A stretch of 64,000 nt of DNA from Polymyxa betae A26-41 (GCA_003693705.1 RBZT01000578.1:124001-188000); one strand, 5' to 3'; positions 49,308-63,653 are shown, numbered from the stretch's first letter. Numbers and translations: made by a program. The notes: a model not told the origin generated them from the sequence alone.

Positions 49308-51149
49308 TTACACAGATTTTAGTTTCTGAAGCTGGGAAAGAGTCTGATGGGATTGTCGTAGATTCGATATTAAGCTGGAGATTTGCTCTTCGGAATGGCA
49401 GCAAGATAGCACGATTCGAATGGCGGGATCTAACTTGCTCTGGTCGTTCGGGACGAATGTCGCCACTCCGACGATCATATGGAAATAATTAAACATACAT
49501 TCGGCGAGCGATTTGTAGAAATTCAATGCGGATTCTCCTTCTGATGTCTGCGACCTTTTAGAAAGCATTTCTTAGAAATCGTCACAAAATACCTCGTGTT
49601 TAAATCGGATATAGAGAATGGGGGATATCGAGTCGCCTCCAAGCTGAATCTGGTCACCGAATACCTGGATCGCCATCCGACGCGCGATTTCCGCTCGTCG
49701 GCGAATGGACGCGCACCGCTCTGGAGCTTCCTCGATTAGCGCCAGCGCCTTTACAGCAGCTGTACAAGTGAACATGGCAGAGCTCGCCGAGAAGACGTAA
49801 CCGGCTCCTGATAAACGTTGATGTTCAACAACCTGCAAGATCATCAGATGAATTCGAACGTCTAATCAATCCTGCAGACCTGTTTGGAGCCACAACAAAC
49901 ACCTCCGACAGAGGCTAAACTGGCATCCAATCGACAACACCAAATTTCCACGTCTTTGATATCGACGCCATGCATCTCACAGGTTCCGCGACCGGTGGCT
50001 CCAAGCACACCAAATCCCAGCGAATCATCGAGAATCAGTCGATAGCAATAGCGCTGCTTCAAGTTGACAAGCTCATCGATAGGGCAGATATCACCCTAAG
50101 ACTTTCAATCACTAATAAACCTTGAATAATGCATAACAACCATACATAGGTTTGGTACACGCCTTCGGCAACAATGAACTTCCTGTGTTTCGACCATTTC
50201 GCCGATTTCGTACTATCGGATTCGATCTGTGCTAGAGTCCGCTCGAGATCTTTCATATCATTATGCTTGAAAAACACGACTCGGCTCCTTGATAGCATCA
50301 GACCACAGCGGATATCGTGACACACTCCATCGTCGCAGACGATTAAATCGCCTTGATATGAATCACTACAATGCATGCATGGAAGGACGTCATATTACCG
50401 GCTTTAGAGAATGATGCAATAACACTGCTGACGGTGGCCAATCCATCAGAATACAAGATGGCTTCCTCTGTGCCGAGGAATTTGGCGAATTTCTCTTCAA
50501 GCAAAAGATGGGGAGTGACGGTCCCATAAAATCCTCGAGGGCCACACGACCCAACACCTGGCCAAAACATTAAACGAAAAGAATGGCTTCCTAACATCTA
50601 GCTGCCATTTACCGAATTTCATGATGGTTTTTGTGCATTCTGCCTTGACCGACTCTGATGAGGAGAAATCTATGAGATACGTTATGGGCTTTCTCTAAGA
50701 AGGAAATAGAAATGCGACAAACCTAAGAAGTCGTATGATGTAAAGTCAAGCTTGGGCTCGTTGCTGCCAGCAACTTTAACTAATCCGTTAGTTCGGCAAC
50801 TTGATATTACCAGCTGCTTAGCTGGTTCGTATGCAATAGGGGCGAGCGGCTCAGGCACCCATTCTTGTATCAACTCTTCTTGCTCCTAACAACAGTTTAT
50901 CAACAAGTCCATTTAATTTGCGTCGCCGCTGACCTGTAATGTCAGTTTATTGTGCTCTTTGGAATTCGGGTTGAACCGTCGATGGAATAGCAAGTAAATG
51001 ATAGTAACAATACAGATTGTCTCCAGGATGACATGACTCGGGTTCTGAACATAGGCATACTTTAGATTAGCATAGAGCGGCCAGACAACATGGCCGACTA
51101 TCCAATGCAGAACACCGGCCAGAGACGTGTTTGCAATGTCGGCTATCAT
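49308..51149 (-). CDS. LCB1: Serine palmitoyltransferase subunit 1 (LCB1/SPTLC1), many exons
   Basis: N-terminal [58 protein letters not shown]. Confidence 0.95.
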
Positions 51150-51272
51150 AGATGAGGAAGTAGATAGCTCTATGAGAGAAATGTGCCAAAGAAGATTGTA
51201 TGGGCGGGTTACTATAGCGAGGTCAAGACACTGGAAGGGCTTCGGCCACCTCGTAACTCCGTCACTACCGAG

Positions 51273-52330
51273 TCAATCATTGGCTCTATCATTCGAATGA
51301 GACGTGATATGTGTCAGAGACTCACCATCTGCTTGCTTACGCCAACCCCTCAATCGCCTCTGGCATTGTCCTGGTCTCATTGCTGATTGCGATTCATTAA
51401 AAGTTAGCCGTTCGCGTTCCAGCAACGATTTTTTTTCGGGAGCTGGATTCAAATCCCCAGACGGTGCGAACCGCTGGTTGTGCATAGTCGTCATTGGAGA
51501 GTCCATCATACAGGTCTTGGACATGGCCAACGTGTCTCTGCCGGGTGGCTGCAGGTTGAGCGCGCAGACTCAGAAACTAAAGTCAATCATTACTTAACAG
51601 TTGAAATCTACGTCATATGCTGCTGTATAGATTAACCAGACTATTCCCAGTCCGATATTATCCCATCTTTCTCAAAAGACGAACGAGTTTCGAAATGCAA
51701 CATAGTCTGTTTTCAATGAAGGTTTATCAACAAAACAAGCAAGCTGTCGACACAATTTCGGGAAAGCTTAGCTATAAAGTCAGGGCGCTCCTCGAGAGGC
51801 AGAATTCTGGCCAGTCTGAATCCTTTCTATCTGAGCCGCCCTCGCAGATGAGCAATCTTCTTATTCAGGACAATTCGGTACTCGGGTTTTCATTCTGACC
51901 TGGATCTGATACCAACTTGTGCACTTGTGCTTGGCTGTCTGCGGCTGTCATTATCATCCTGACATTGTCTGGATCTAGTTCAGCATTATCTGTAGAGTGG
52001 ATTCTCACTCTATCACTAAGTTGCCCGATTCGGAATCAATCCGGTTCCATGCCTGATATAGTGCCATTCTCAGAGCCCATTGATAATCCCGGATCTCAAT
52101 ATCGCTTTCAGTAATCTGGTGACAGCTGTTGGGGATCATTTCCGATGATATCGTGTTGATCTCCTTACAAACACTCACGCACGTATCAACTATCCAGCTG
52201 CCCATGTATCCAATAACCCTACCGATAACGATTCCGACCGTACAACCAGTGGTCTGAGGTTTTCCTCGTCTGGTCCAGTATGACGACTTGGTCGCAGATA
52301 ACGATTCACCCGAACCAGAGAGGGCAAATT
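51273..52330 (-). CDS. Uncharacterised low-complexity protein (tentative)
   Basis: Chain of minus-strand ORFs with plausible splice sites; no recognisable domain. Confidence 0.35.
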
Positions 52331-52415
52331 GAGACATCGCTGTCATCGTAACGGCTCTGATGATGGAATCGAATCCCTCAAAGCTTTTCAATCTGCTATA
52401 CAATCATCTATTATT

Positions 52416-53205
52416 ATGTGTGATGATGAAAGCAGCCTACAGGATCCAGTTGCCACGGATATGGCTGATTCTGATCTTACCACATGCAAGGATGCAGAAA
52501 CCGGTAGCCTTGTATCGGAAGCATCGATTGAAGAGCGTGCAGATACCGATTGCAATCTTCGAACTGATGACGTTACGACAGGTACGTAGACATATCGCTG
52601 TCACGTTGATCAGTCACGGTCTAACTCTTCTTCAGATACCGCAGTTCGTGTTCCAAGTTACAGGAACGATTTAACGGTATGTCTTGCTGTTCATGGCAGG
52701 TGGGCAATTTGTTTAGAAGTAAGCCAGACATTCAATCTGTTATTAAAAGGAGCGAATTTATACAAGAAATTAAAGTTAGCCCTGCGCGGTTGGTGTAGTT
52801 GGTGAAGTAAGGGAACCGCATCATCGAACATCGAGGTGTCGCGAGCTCGAACCGTTTTGAATAGCATCAGAGCCTGCGGTACCGATATGGTGCGTGATCA
52901 GTGATCAATCCCACCACATCGGTAGATCGTTCGAGGCCGAATGGAAAACAACAAAAACCATGATAGATTTGTCATCGTGTGAAGTACCAGCTGAGAGAGC
53001 AAGTCGCAGAGGTCCCATAACCGGGGTATATTCACACCAAGAAGCAAGACGAGTCAAAAAGGGTGGAAGATGCTCCGAATATCACTTAGTACGAGTTGCT
53101 GTTCATGCTGCCCTTGCACAAGAGGATATTGTGTCGCCTACATCGCCTATTAATGGCGTAACAACCCGAATAAACAAACAAACAAGGAAGATAGTTATTG
53201 GTTGA
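52416..53205 (+). CDS. Uncharacterised acidic protein (tentative)
   Basis: MCDDESSLQDPVATD... exon ending at a GTACGT donor; no domain recognised. Confidence 0.3.
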
Positions 53206-53479
53206 CGGAAGATGAGTTTGAAAAGGTGTTAAAGGAGCCAACAAGGAAGAATGATTTCTTGATGATTGATAAAGAAGGTTGTTTATGCGTTTAAATTTTG
53301 TCAAGCCACAAATCATCCAAGGAATATAAATGATTAATGAAATAATTTGTATGACAAGACATGTGTCTTCGACTTAAATTTTGAGAAATACTTTAAGTCA
53401 CTGACGGCGCAAATGCGTGTAAAGCAAAAACCCAATAAGAATAAAGGATTGAATATTCCACATCGCAGAGAACAAATCA

Positions 53480-54973
53480 GTCCAACGCCTTAAGAGGTTT
53501 TCCTCTTGTCGATCAACGGGCGTGACGCATCCTCATAGTCCGGCGGCGACGTCGAGAAATTCCACCGCGAAGGAAATAGCCAATGCCATAATTCGCGCAT
53601 GACCTCGTCTGTTTTATCAGTTTTAATACCGGAAGCAATGCAGAGATTATTTGACATGTGAAACGATGTTGAAAGAAGTGAGGCTAGAAAAAGATCGAAA
53701 TTACAGCATGTAGCAACACGTTAATTAACATGCCAAACGAAACACGAACCATCTGGAAATCTGGCTGGATGTGCCGAAAGAGGATGGCCACACGTGCAAT
53801 TGTCTGGGTTTGTCTGGCTTTTGACCACCCGGAAGCAATTATTACAGACAGGAGCGCCACACAATGATTTCGGCATCAATAACTCGAATCCAGATGAATT
53901 TATCGAATGGTTACGAAATTTTGCCACAGAAGGAGCTCTAATGGAGGAATAAAATCACCTTCGGTCCGTGTCGGTCTGCACTAATTGAAATGATCTGTGG
54001 ATCGACCGAGACCGACGGTAATTTATCTTGTTTTTACAAATAACTAATTGATTTACCTAACGTATGTAGAATTTTTCAAAATTGACCATTTTCCGGCTGT
54101 TATGTAAATACACTTTAAACGATTGTTGGGCAAAAATTGTGAACTCCGTCTTCGTAATAGTGTATTGTAGTTTTCACTTTCGGACTTCGGTAAGTGTTCT
54201 TGTCATGAAGTGAACTTTCTTTCAATGCCTAGTGACACTTGGATGAACGTTCTATGAAGTTTCGTGAACATTCGTTGGCTTGCATGTAAGATAGCGACCT
54301 TGACTGAAGCATTCCTCGACAGTCTATCGTCATCTGATTCCAATCCAACAACAGTTCGGTCCCATGCAGACTTCGATAGTGAGGTTTATTCCTGCAGATA
54401 CGGATCAGTGATACTTGAAGCATGGATAAACTGAATTTGCAACTTACAAAGAGCAGTAAGCGAATGGCTTTGAAACCATTACTTTTCCGCAATGAAAATC
54501 GTGGTTTTGGCATCCCTGGTCGATCTTTCAAAAATGCCCGGCCGATTGCTGCAGCAAACACGAAGTAATTTAAAAATGGCATGACAATAAATCTTACAGT
54601 TCGATTCTCCATTTCTTGAAAACTAATGTTGATATGCCGTCGTAATTGCAAACATTTGTCGAAACCTGGGGCCCGGGTTTTTTTTGGCAAAGCACGGCGG
54701 GCACAAGGGGTTCAGAGGCGAATGTATTCATCAATCGAATCCCGATTATCGCGACAGCGATCACATGAACGAATACGAGTCTTCTGAGTTTCGGGAATTC
54801 AAAAACTTGACAAAAGAACCTGACAGCATCAAGAATGGCGAAATAATATTGACGCCCAGAGCCAGGACCACAACGGCAACGAACGTAAAAGTGATGGTCC
54901 AAATTTCCGACAGCAATGAGATGACGAAGATTGCCTGTTTATTATCTGCCACAGTCATTTGACGACCAGGCAT
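53480..54973 (-). CDS. Uncharacterised multi-pass membrane protein with Cys-rich C-terminal segment (tentative)
   Basis: Several hydrophobic segments across ORFs 54761-54973, 54594-54902 and 54229-54690; CGAPVCNNC...CTCGH downstream. Confidence 0.4.
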
Positions 54974-55027
54974 TTGACTTCAAGCTGAAAAAGAAAATCG
55001 GCTAATATATACAGTAGAGGACATTAT

Positions 55028-55174
55028 CCCCTTTCTGTAGGTGAAAGGTAGTTAACAAGGGGTAGGCCCCTTGTTACATAGGAACAGGGAGATTCGGAAT
55101 CCGAACCCATCATAATCATAGCTGACCCACGGCCGCTTCGTGGTTATATCCTGGACCATTATAGTTTTTTTTTT
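55028..55174 (+). ncRNA. Candidate structured ncRNA (four consecutive hairpins followed by T10)
   Basis: Perfect 10-bp stem 55053-55076 plus three shorter stems; T-run 55165-55174; intergenic. Family not identified. Confidence 0.35.
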
Positions 55175-55393
55175 GAAAATACGGCGGCAAATCTTGAGCC
55201 TGATGTGTTGATTTAAACAACCAAAAACCGCGTCTCGGTTGATTTTAAATGCCAAATTTAGCTGATGTGTCGAAGTCGGCTCAGACTGACTTAAGAAGCA
55301 AACAAATATGAGAAGACAGATTTCCAAGATGCAAAATCAGCACGTGTCATTAAATCAAGATTGATATTTTGCATTTGCGTCTAAAGGCCTGCA

Positions 55394-58300
55394 ATGGAGA
55401 ACGGTGAGATGATAAGCGCTGAGGCAGCTTTGGATTTCTCAAACTTAATCGACTATGAATTCACGTTCGAATTTCGTAAATTAACAAAAGTCCTGGCTTC
55501 CATGTTTGGGGTCATCAACGACGTCCGAGCTGAGCAAACCAGATCCCGAGCAGATATAGAGTTGCTCTTCAGCCATGTCAAGCTGATACAAAGCAAGCCT
55601 GGCTTTTCTGACGAACCCCCACCTGGAGACTCAACTCTAACCGCAGCTCCTCGTGTCGAGAAGGTCATTGACGATGGCCTTCTTGAGCGCATCGCTAATG
55701 TCGATAACCGCATGAGGACTGTTGAGGGTAAACTTGCCCAACTGACCAGTGTGCAAGAAATTAATAAAGCCAAGAAGCTCGCCCGTGACGTCGAATCCAC
55801 CATGATGAGAGTCCAGGTATGTCATTTGCCCCTACAACTTGCATAGTTTGAGTTAGCATAACAGGTTTTGGAAAGAGTCACTTCAACTGCTTTTGCGAAC
55901 GCGGCTATAAAGCTGTCGCCAGAAGACCTTAAGAGAAGCTACGAAGAGGACACTCAAGCCAGAAAGTTGCTCGACGAGCCAGATGACATTGAAGTTTCTT
56001 CTTCCGGTGACAATGAATCAGCTGAAGATCAACCTTCGAAGCCTAAAACTCGGCCCACTGAGAGACCTACCCGAAGTGGAAATGACGGAACTGGCGGTGT
56101 GGACACGTTCTTGGCACTGGCAAAAGTCGAAAAAGTTGAGGCTTTGGTAGCTCGGATGAAGTCTACACAACAAGAATTCCAGATAAGAATCAATCAAGAA
56201 AATCACGATCGTGCACGTGAGTTTCACGAACTGAAGGAGCTTATTCACGAATCGATGCACCGAGCCGAGCAAATTTCTGTACTTGTCGAGCGTAGCGAAC
56301 TTCATGCGACCAAAGACCTTATAAAACAAGCAGAAACGGCTGCACTGGTAGCGCTAAAACAGTGGCAACAAGACCAAATCAATGAGGAGCAGTCTAAAGC
56401 CGAGCAAAGGTTCAACGCGGTTCAAATGCAGGTCAGACAACTCCAAAACGTTTTAAGTGAAGAAAGGGATATTGATGCGGATGATGCTCCAGTAGTGGCA
56501 GCATTTTCAGGAATTGATAAGACTGATTTGGATGTTTTGAGAGATATGATTAAGAAGGTCCAGATCCAAAGTGTTAGTGGTGCGGCCAATCTAAACAGGG
56601 AAATGTCAATCTTAATTCAAAGGGTTACAAGCATACAGAAAGCTATTGACGACATTGTGAGCAATGATGAGCAGATCGAACTCGAGTTAAAGCGCAGCGC
56701 GGAAGACTCACTTTATGACCAAAGCATTGAAGATGCACAGTCGTCAAATCAGCCAGCTACGTTTGTTGAAGATGCAAAGCCTGATTTCAGTTATCATGCA
56801 CAAGAGCAGACTATCGTCGATCCGTCTACAACCGAAACTTCCCAGTTGCCAAAATCAGAAGCAGAGCCGAGCCACAGCTTCAACGAGGGAAACCGGCAAA
56901 TCGATATAAAACAGATGCGAGGTCAGATTAAGCAGCTATTAGCCTCAGATCAAGCAGCAAAGAAAGTGATGGTATGCGATGTTCGAGCACGTAATAGGCA
57001 CCTGACCGTATCTGTAGGTTCAATACCGTCTGGCCCTGCAACAAATGAAACAAAGCCTGGACAAGCAGAAAGGCGAAATGACCCGCCTGTCCTCGTTCGT
57101 CTATAGCCACGAACAGAGGAGACAACCGAACCCTTCAAGTCAGCATGGGGCTGCATCCTCAACCTCAGCTACAATCCAGCCTGGATCGATACGCGGCGTC
57201 GAGCAGTTGGAATCACACGCGGATCGAGCGACACGAGACGCGGATTACCACGTGCCGCGTTACATTGACAGTCATGAACAGCGGCGGATCGAGGCGCTTC
57301 CACCTCCTTCATTCACTGAGAACCATACTATTGAAGACACTACTTCTCGAAACGCCATCCTATTGCCGGAACAAAAACCACAGCTATCAACCCAGAACCC
57401 TGCAGAAGCAGATGACCTTGCCGATGCATTCTTCCGTCGAGGACAGCGTTCTGAAGAGACACATCACTCAGAGAGCCTGGACGTAGATGAAGCTCAATCG
57501 ATATTGGCGGAGACGAAACGATGGGCTCAGGTTGTCAATCGGGAACTAGCCGAAATACGCCAAGATATCGCCTGCAAACCGGATCTTGATAGCATCATGG
57601 CGCTCTTCAATATTTGGAAAGAGCAGTCTATACTGCCTGGGACAGAACCATTCGACATTCAAGAGCAAACAACACATGCTGTACAGCAGCCACAACAACG
57701 TGGCATGGATACGCTGGCGATGAAGCTCTTTAAGGATGTCGCATCAAAAGCAGACAGATCAGATTTATTTCGACTCGAGACGAGAATCAGTCTGTTAGCT
57801 GATGAAGTCGATCGTGTAAAGGTTTCTGGTTTCGAGTCTGCATTCATGGATGATAGAGAAGAAATTGAGTCCGCTGATGCTGAAAGCAGCAATAATGATG
57901 CAGCTAATCATGCAAGCAATGCGCTAAATCATCTTAAGCAACAGATGGCTGTAATAAATCGGAGTTCGAACGAGAACGTCGCCCAGCAAAATTGGGCTGC
58001 AGTTCGCGTGTTCACGAAAATGCAGGATCGAGCATCAACTGCAGCTCTGAACAAAAAGATAGCGTTGATTGTTCAGGATGTCAAGCGGCTGACTAAAACC
58101 ACAGGCGAAATTGAAGAAGACATTGATACAATCCGGTAATCAGAATGGTTACGTTCCGATAATAACCTGAATTATAATGTAGTGGCTTGACAATGGGCAT
58201 TCGTAAAAAGATCTCAGAACTGGAGACTCTACACAGTTCTAGTGACAATAATGAAGACGCCATGAAAGACAAAACATTCATTAGGACACTGAGAGCTCGA

Positions 58301-58665
58301 ATCCAATTAATGATTACAGAACTCGAGCAGAAAGCTGATCGAAGCGAGCTTGATGCCAAAGCTGACATCACTGATGTAACTCGGCTTGCATCCCAGATCC
58401 ATAGCTTACGAAGGTCTACCAGTATAGACCGGGATCTTGCAGATGTAAGTTCTTCGGCTTTTATGGGGTGTCAGAACATAATTGGCAACAGGCTGGGAAT
58501 GCAACTGAAGTGTCTACACCCCGATCGTCCGGTGGATTAGGAAAGTTGTCACGCAGCAGTATTGTTGCTAATAAGAAAAGAAGCATACGCCCAAAAGCAG
58601 CCTCGTCTTTGAACGTAGCATCTCTTGCTCGAAAAGGGATGTCAATTGGCGACTTAGATCAATAG
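55394..58665 (+). CDS. Long coiled-coil protein, QRICH2/C16orf96 (DUF4795)-like
   Basis: LDFSNLIDY...FRKL N-terminus, KADRSELDAKAD motifs, C-terminal CLHPDRPV. Confidence 0.6.
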
Positions 58666-58858
58666 CATTGAGTAAATGCAGCTCGAATGGAGCACAGCAA
58701 TTTTGGAAATGTCCGATTTTCCAAATTGTATCAATAATTGTTCGAGACTTCGAGAGAAATAAAATTGCGCCATTGGCGCAGCTTTTTGATGAACATATTA
58801 TTTATGAAATGCACAAGATAGAGGTTTTAACAGGTGTCAACAAACAACAAAGTACTTG

Positions 58859-60084
58859 ATGTTTCTTACAAATTTGGTGCTCGGATCCGATGATACCTTA
58901 CCATCTTTCTTTGAAATGGCAGCCGAATCTCGGATGATCGAGAGTCTGCGACCTGCTTTCAGGTCTTTAGTCCAGGTGAAGATTGCTCAGCGTCAAAGGT
59001 GATTTTAAATCCGAATTTTCTAGACAATCACTGAACATCATCCTCGTTTCTTCTGGTTGGCACGTTTCGATAACGAGGCGTTTGCTGCACTTCATTATCT
59101 GATAGAATATCATAACCTGTTCGAATACGATGCATCATTCTCTGAGAATTTCTATGGACTGAAAAGAAAAGCGGGAGCTGCTGCTCTGTACCCGTTACAT
59201 CGACATCTATCTTTATGTACTCTTGCTCTGTTTCCATATTTAAGAGGCAAGCTAGACGATCAATATCAATTTGTGATAGAGGAGCATATGCTACTAGCCG
59301 TACGAAAATGCAGTTTCACTTTGATAATGTGACTAATGCATGAATTTTGTTCACAGGCTGAAGTGCCTTTGTGGGCACGAATGTATCCAATGTTCAAATC
59401 TTTATTTGATGCTGCAAATCTACTTTATCAAGTTCTGTTCATGTTTGGGAAAACGCAATATTTCTCTCCACTTCTGCATTTGATTGGAGTGCGAATCGTG
59501 CGCTTATCGATTCTTGATGCCTTGCCTGGCTCTAAACCAGCAAACGTGGTCTGTGCTCATGAAAAGTTTCCGCTGCTTTTTGACCTTTTTGATTTAGACG
59601 GCTTCATGGCTTCCGTTTCGATTGTTGCATAAGTTTACATCGGTGTTAGCTCATTATTTCAAATGGGGGCTTCTTGGCGGTATCTTTGCTTTCAAAATCT
59701 TGGAGGTAATCTAACTCTACTATCATCGGGCAGATTTATTCAAATCAGGATAGTGGTGGTATGCATCTGAAGCCAAACTGAACCCGCTCAAGGTATTTTC
59801 TATGAAAACGCCCCTTGCCAGCTCTCACTTTCGTCTGTTAGTCTTTACCTGTCCCACCACCGCCTCCTGTTCCGAAACCTTCACCTTTATCAAGGGTCCG
59901 TCTAAGCCGCCAATCAAATATTTGCTCGATATGTCGTCAGATCCGTAGGAATCCAGCCTGCACCCCAACAGGATTCGTCTTCTGTTGGCTTTGTATCTTC
60001 AACTTTGTTAGAGATCATGGCAAATGCCCGATCACCAACAGGCAGTGCTCCGAGAGGCAAATTAGAAAACTCTATGAGAATTAG
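58859..60084 (+). CDS. PEX12: Peroxin PEX12 (RING finger)
   Basis: PSFFEMAA...SLRPAF, DASFSENFYGLKR, FKILE-WWY, PPPPP, CSICRQIRRNP...GFVFCWLCI...CPIT...IRKLY. Confidence 0.95.
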
Positions 60085-60486
60085 TCTATTTCAAACACCA
60101 ATTGTCGATAATATATTTACTGTGTATTTTATGGAAATTGTATCATACATCGTTCTGTGCATAGTTTCATCATTTCTAGACGTGCTATGAATCCACCAAG
60201 GCAATCGTTGGAAGTAGAAGGACCTGATGCGGCCTGTCTTTCATGTGCTATCATACCTACACCCCCAAAATGCTATCATGCATGTTCACCAACCTCGGGA
60301 TCGCTGTAATTCTACAACTAGATACGTCGCACGATATTATTAGCAATGTGAAGATAACAGGGTGTGAAGTGGATGCCAGATGATGGCCTCTTATGTAATG
60401 AATGTGATAAGAGCGCATATCATTGTCACTTGGTGAAGGTTCTTACTTAGCACTATCAGCTTTAATGTCCTCTAACACGATCAGCA

Positions 60487-62527
60487 ATGGTGGCGATACG
60501 ACTTGACCATTCTGTTCTGATGCTCGGCGCTGATGTCGTCGTTCTGAGACTGGACGACCCGATGCCGTCTCGGAAGGCGCCGAAGTCGGTTGCTCCAGAT
60601 GTGTTCAACTCCCGAATGAACGTCAGCCTTACTTTACCATCTCAGAATAACCTGAATCGAATCTTTCCATTGCCCAGTGCTGAATTTGATGGTTCTGCAT
60701 CTCAACCCGCCCATTGTCGGTATTGATTTTGTAGCGTGTTTCAATCATTGTTATTGTTAGTTTCTCAGTCAGCTCATAACTGTTTATAGGCGGCCCTTTC
60801 ATTGTGGTTGACCCGGATGATTTCCTGCTTGTTAAACAAGAATCGGTCTTACCCCGGTCCCGTCAGCATCCTCAAGGTCAGAATGTCGTCGATTTGGCCG
60901 ATTCCGGTGTTAAAGATACAGAAATCGATCCGGATGACGAAATTGATTCTTATGAATCCGCCAGCGGCATCGATTGCCGACCTTGCCTATTTCCAAAACC
61001 TGATCGCTGGTCCCAAGCTGAGATTGATTACTTGCTCGAGTCTGCAGAAAAAACGAGCCAAGATTGGAAACGAGTTGCCGATCTTATGAACATGAACTTC
61101 GGAACAGATCAACATTCAGAATATACGGCTGAATCAGTTCAGTCGCAGTACTGCCTCATTATTGATGATGGTACTGTACCAACGTCTCATGAAACTCTTC
61201 AGAATCGTCTGGAAACATCAGGTGCTATTGCGGGATCCAGCTCGGGGCATATTCAGAGGAAACTGAATGACAATGTCGATGATTCTGATAAGATTCCTTC
61301 TTACAGCACAGATTCGCATCGATCCTCTGGCGCTCCGTGGCTCCAACAAGAAATCGATTTCTTGTGGGATTCAGCACAAAGTGCCAAGTTCAACTGGCCT
61401 GAAGTTTCCAATCTCATGTCCAAGAAATTCGGACCAGAAAGGCGACGACATTATAAGGCCGATACGATCAAACAAAGGTTTTTTCGAACATTTCCTGAAC
61501 AAGTGTCATTTGCTTCGGACAAATGTCGATGGTCAAAAGATGCCATCGATCTCGTCCGTGCAACAGCTCGGAGTACTGATTTCGACTGGGATAAAGTTGT
61601 TGATCTAATTGGAAAGCAATTTGGATTGAAAAGGACGGCAGTGCAAGTTCAGAACATATACAGGCGTAATCGTTTTGAACACGATCCTCCGAAATTACGG
61701 ACTCGGCAACAGATCAGAATTTCGGAACAGGTGAGCGTGGGAGGAAATCGTTAAGCAGCCAGCGATGTAATTTCTCATATAGAATCATTCATCACTGAAA
61801 CGAGACAACTCGAATCTTAAAGGTACAGGGATTGAATTTGATTTTGCTAGATCGTATCAAACACTGGATCTGACAAACGCATCATTCAAGGTGCAAAGGC
61901 TTATCGAGGACCTCGCATTCGTATCAAAGCATATTGTCTTTGGCTCCAGAATGAAGTCGATTTCTTAGTGGCAATGGCGCGCAGTGCAAATTTCAATTGG
62001 ATTAAGGTTGCCGACCTCATGAAACTGAAATTTGGGACAGAAAGGCGCCGATATTCAAAAAATTCGGTTATGCGCAAGTATACGTCGTTGGCGAAGCTTC
62101 ATGGGTGGTCATTGGACGAGCGCAACGGCTAGAGTGTTCTGGGCAGGTTTGTGACTTTGTGACAAAGCATTATCCCGCTATCATCATTTCATTGATTTTT
62201 CCAAGGACATGCCCATTACTGCCCGCGTCATAGGTGCAGTTGGTGAAGTCTGTCCTGTCGCTATAATTGAAAAAGAGTCTGCAGAGCGTCCAGACGTCGA
62301 ACAATTTCTTAAACATCTGCCACAAAAACGAAAGCGAGGTAGGCCGCGAAAACCATGGAATGAGAAACGAAACCTCGATCAAGGGGTTTGGTAGAATTGT
62401 GACAATCCTGCTAACCGTTCTAATTGAAATATACCTACAGCCTGATGTTAACTATTTCGAGGCAAGCGTGGCCGGACCAAGCTGCTTGCCGAACACTGAT
62501 TGCCATGGCCTGGGCGAGACAACATAG
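60487..62527 (+). CDS. Multi-repeat Myb/SANT protein
   Basis: Four repeats: WSQAEIDYL...DWKRVADLM, WLQQEIDFL...NWPEVSNLM, WSKDAIDLV...DWDKVVDLI, WLQNEVDFL...NWIKVADLM; AT-hook-like KRKRGRPRK near 62330. Confidence 0.8.
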
Positions 62528-63653
62528 ACAATCTAATAGTTCGTCCAGTCGGCCACGACGAAAGCGAAGTCGTCATTACAGCCTCCGCAGGCGTCGGTCC
62601 CGCTCTCCTGCTTGCTATCGTCATCTCTCCAGCTCTTTGTCTTCTTCGCGCTCTTCCTTTCATTATAACAGCGACCACTTTATTTTGGTCATTATTCAGC
62701 AATATGGTCCCACACGATGCGATCCCGATCAATGACAACCGCTCCAGCTGCATCGTTCCGAAATTCTTCCCAAACGATTCAAGACGCTGCAGGATTACGA
62801 CCTTGCGTGACCGTGGGAACTGGGAAGACCTAAAGCGGCGTGAGTGTTGTCATCGTCGCCCAACTTACACTATACCGGGCGTATCCTCTTTGAGAATACT
62901 GGATTGGTAGTTGATTCAATGAAGCACGTCTGATTCGGCCTAGCTTGGGCAATCCAACAGATGCTTGGATGGTTTGATCTCCTTAGCATGACCTCCCGGG
63001 AAGATTCGCGATCAAGATCGTGTTGACGTCATGGAGAGGTTACGATGTAGTGCCAGTCAGTAAGTTGGGTGAATCAAAGTGCCCGGCCGATCATGATTCG
63101 CCATTACTCCAATTTACGAAACTTTATACCACAGTATACAGTTGCTTAGATCTGCCAAGAATCAGATGCTTTTCGTATTGCACTCTTATAATCCAGTATA
63201 TGGTTGCCATTTATCAATAGACAATAACTCGGTAGCATGGATAGACGGGCAAGCAGCTGAAAAGACTGTAGGCGCCATCTGATTAATGGGACACCAAACC
63301 ATGCCCAATATACAACTACCCAGCCTACTGGAATCCAAACAGCCTCTTGACTGAATTTGAAACAAGGAGCTGCTGGGTTGATAATCACTACAATCTTGAT
63401 TCTGTAAACCAGAAGGCTATGTTTATACGATTGCACTGGTGGATGTTGGCAGACGTCATCAAGGGGTCCCGCCATCAGGCTTTGCCTTAAACAGACTGGG
63501 CGCAACCCGCTGCGTGACACGCCACAAGTCCCAGCTGTAAGGCGTTCAGAGCCATGACTGATCCTGTTTCCAGCCCGTCACAGAGTGCACTTCGTTAACA
63601 TTTGATTCAGCAGACAGGAACAGAGAATTCGTGTTGCTTGTGTCAGACATCCA

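Noticed and set aside
52784-52855. tRNA-like A-box (TGGTGTAGTTGG) and weak B-box
   Set aside because: No cloverleaf or acceptor-stem pairing could be built.
54662-54685. GC hairpin plus T8, resembling a Rho-independent terminator or a -1 frameshift site on the minus strand
   Set aside because: Eukaryotic locus; the slippery heptamer is not in a frame linking the ORFs, and a nearby CAG|GT splice donor explains the ORF overlap.
62448-63520. Several overlapping ORFs on both strands
   Set aside because: No recognisable motif or consistent splice model; the coding strand cannot be determined.
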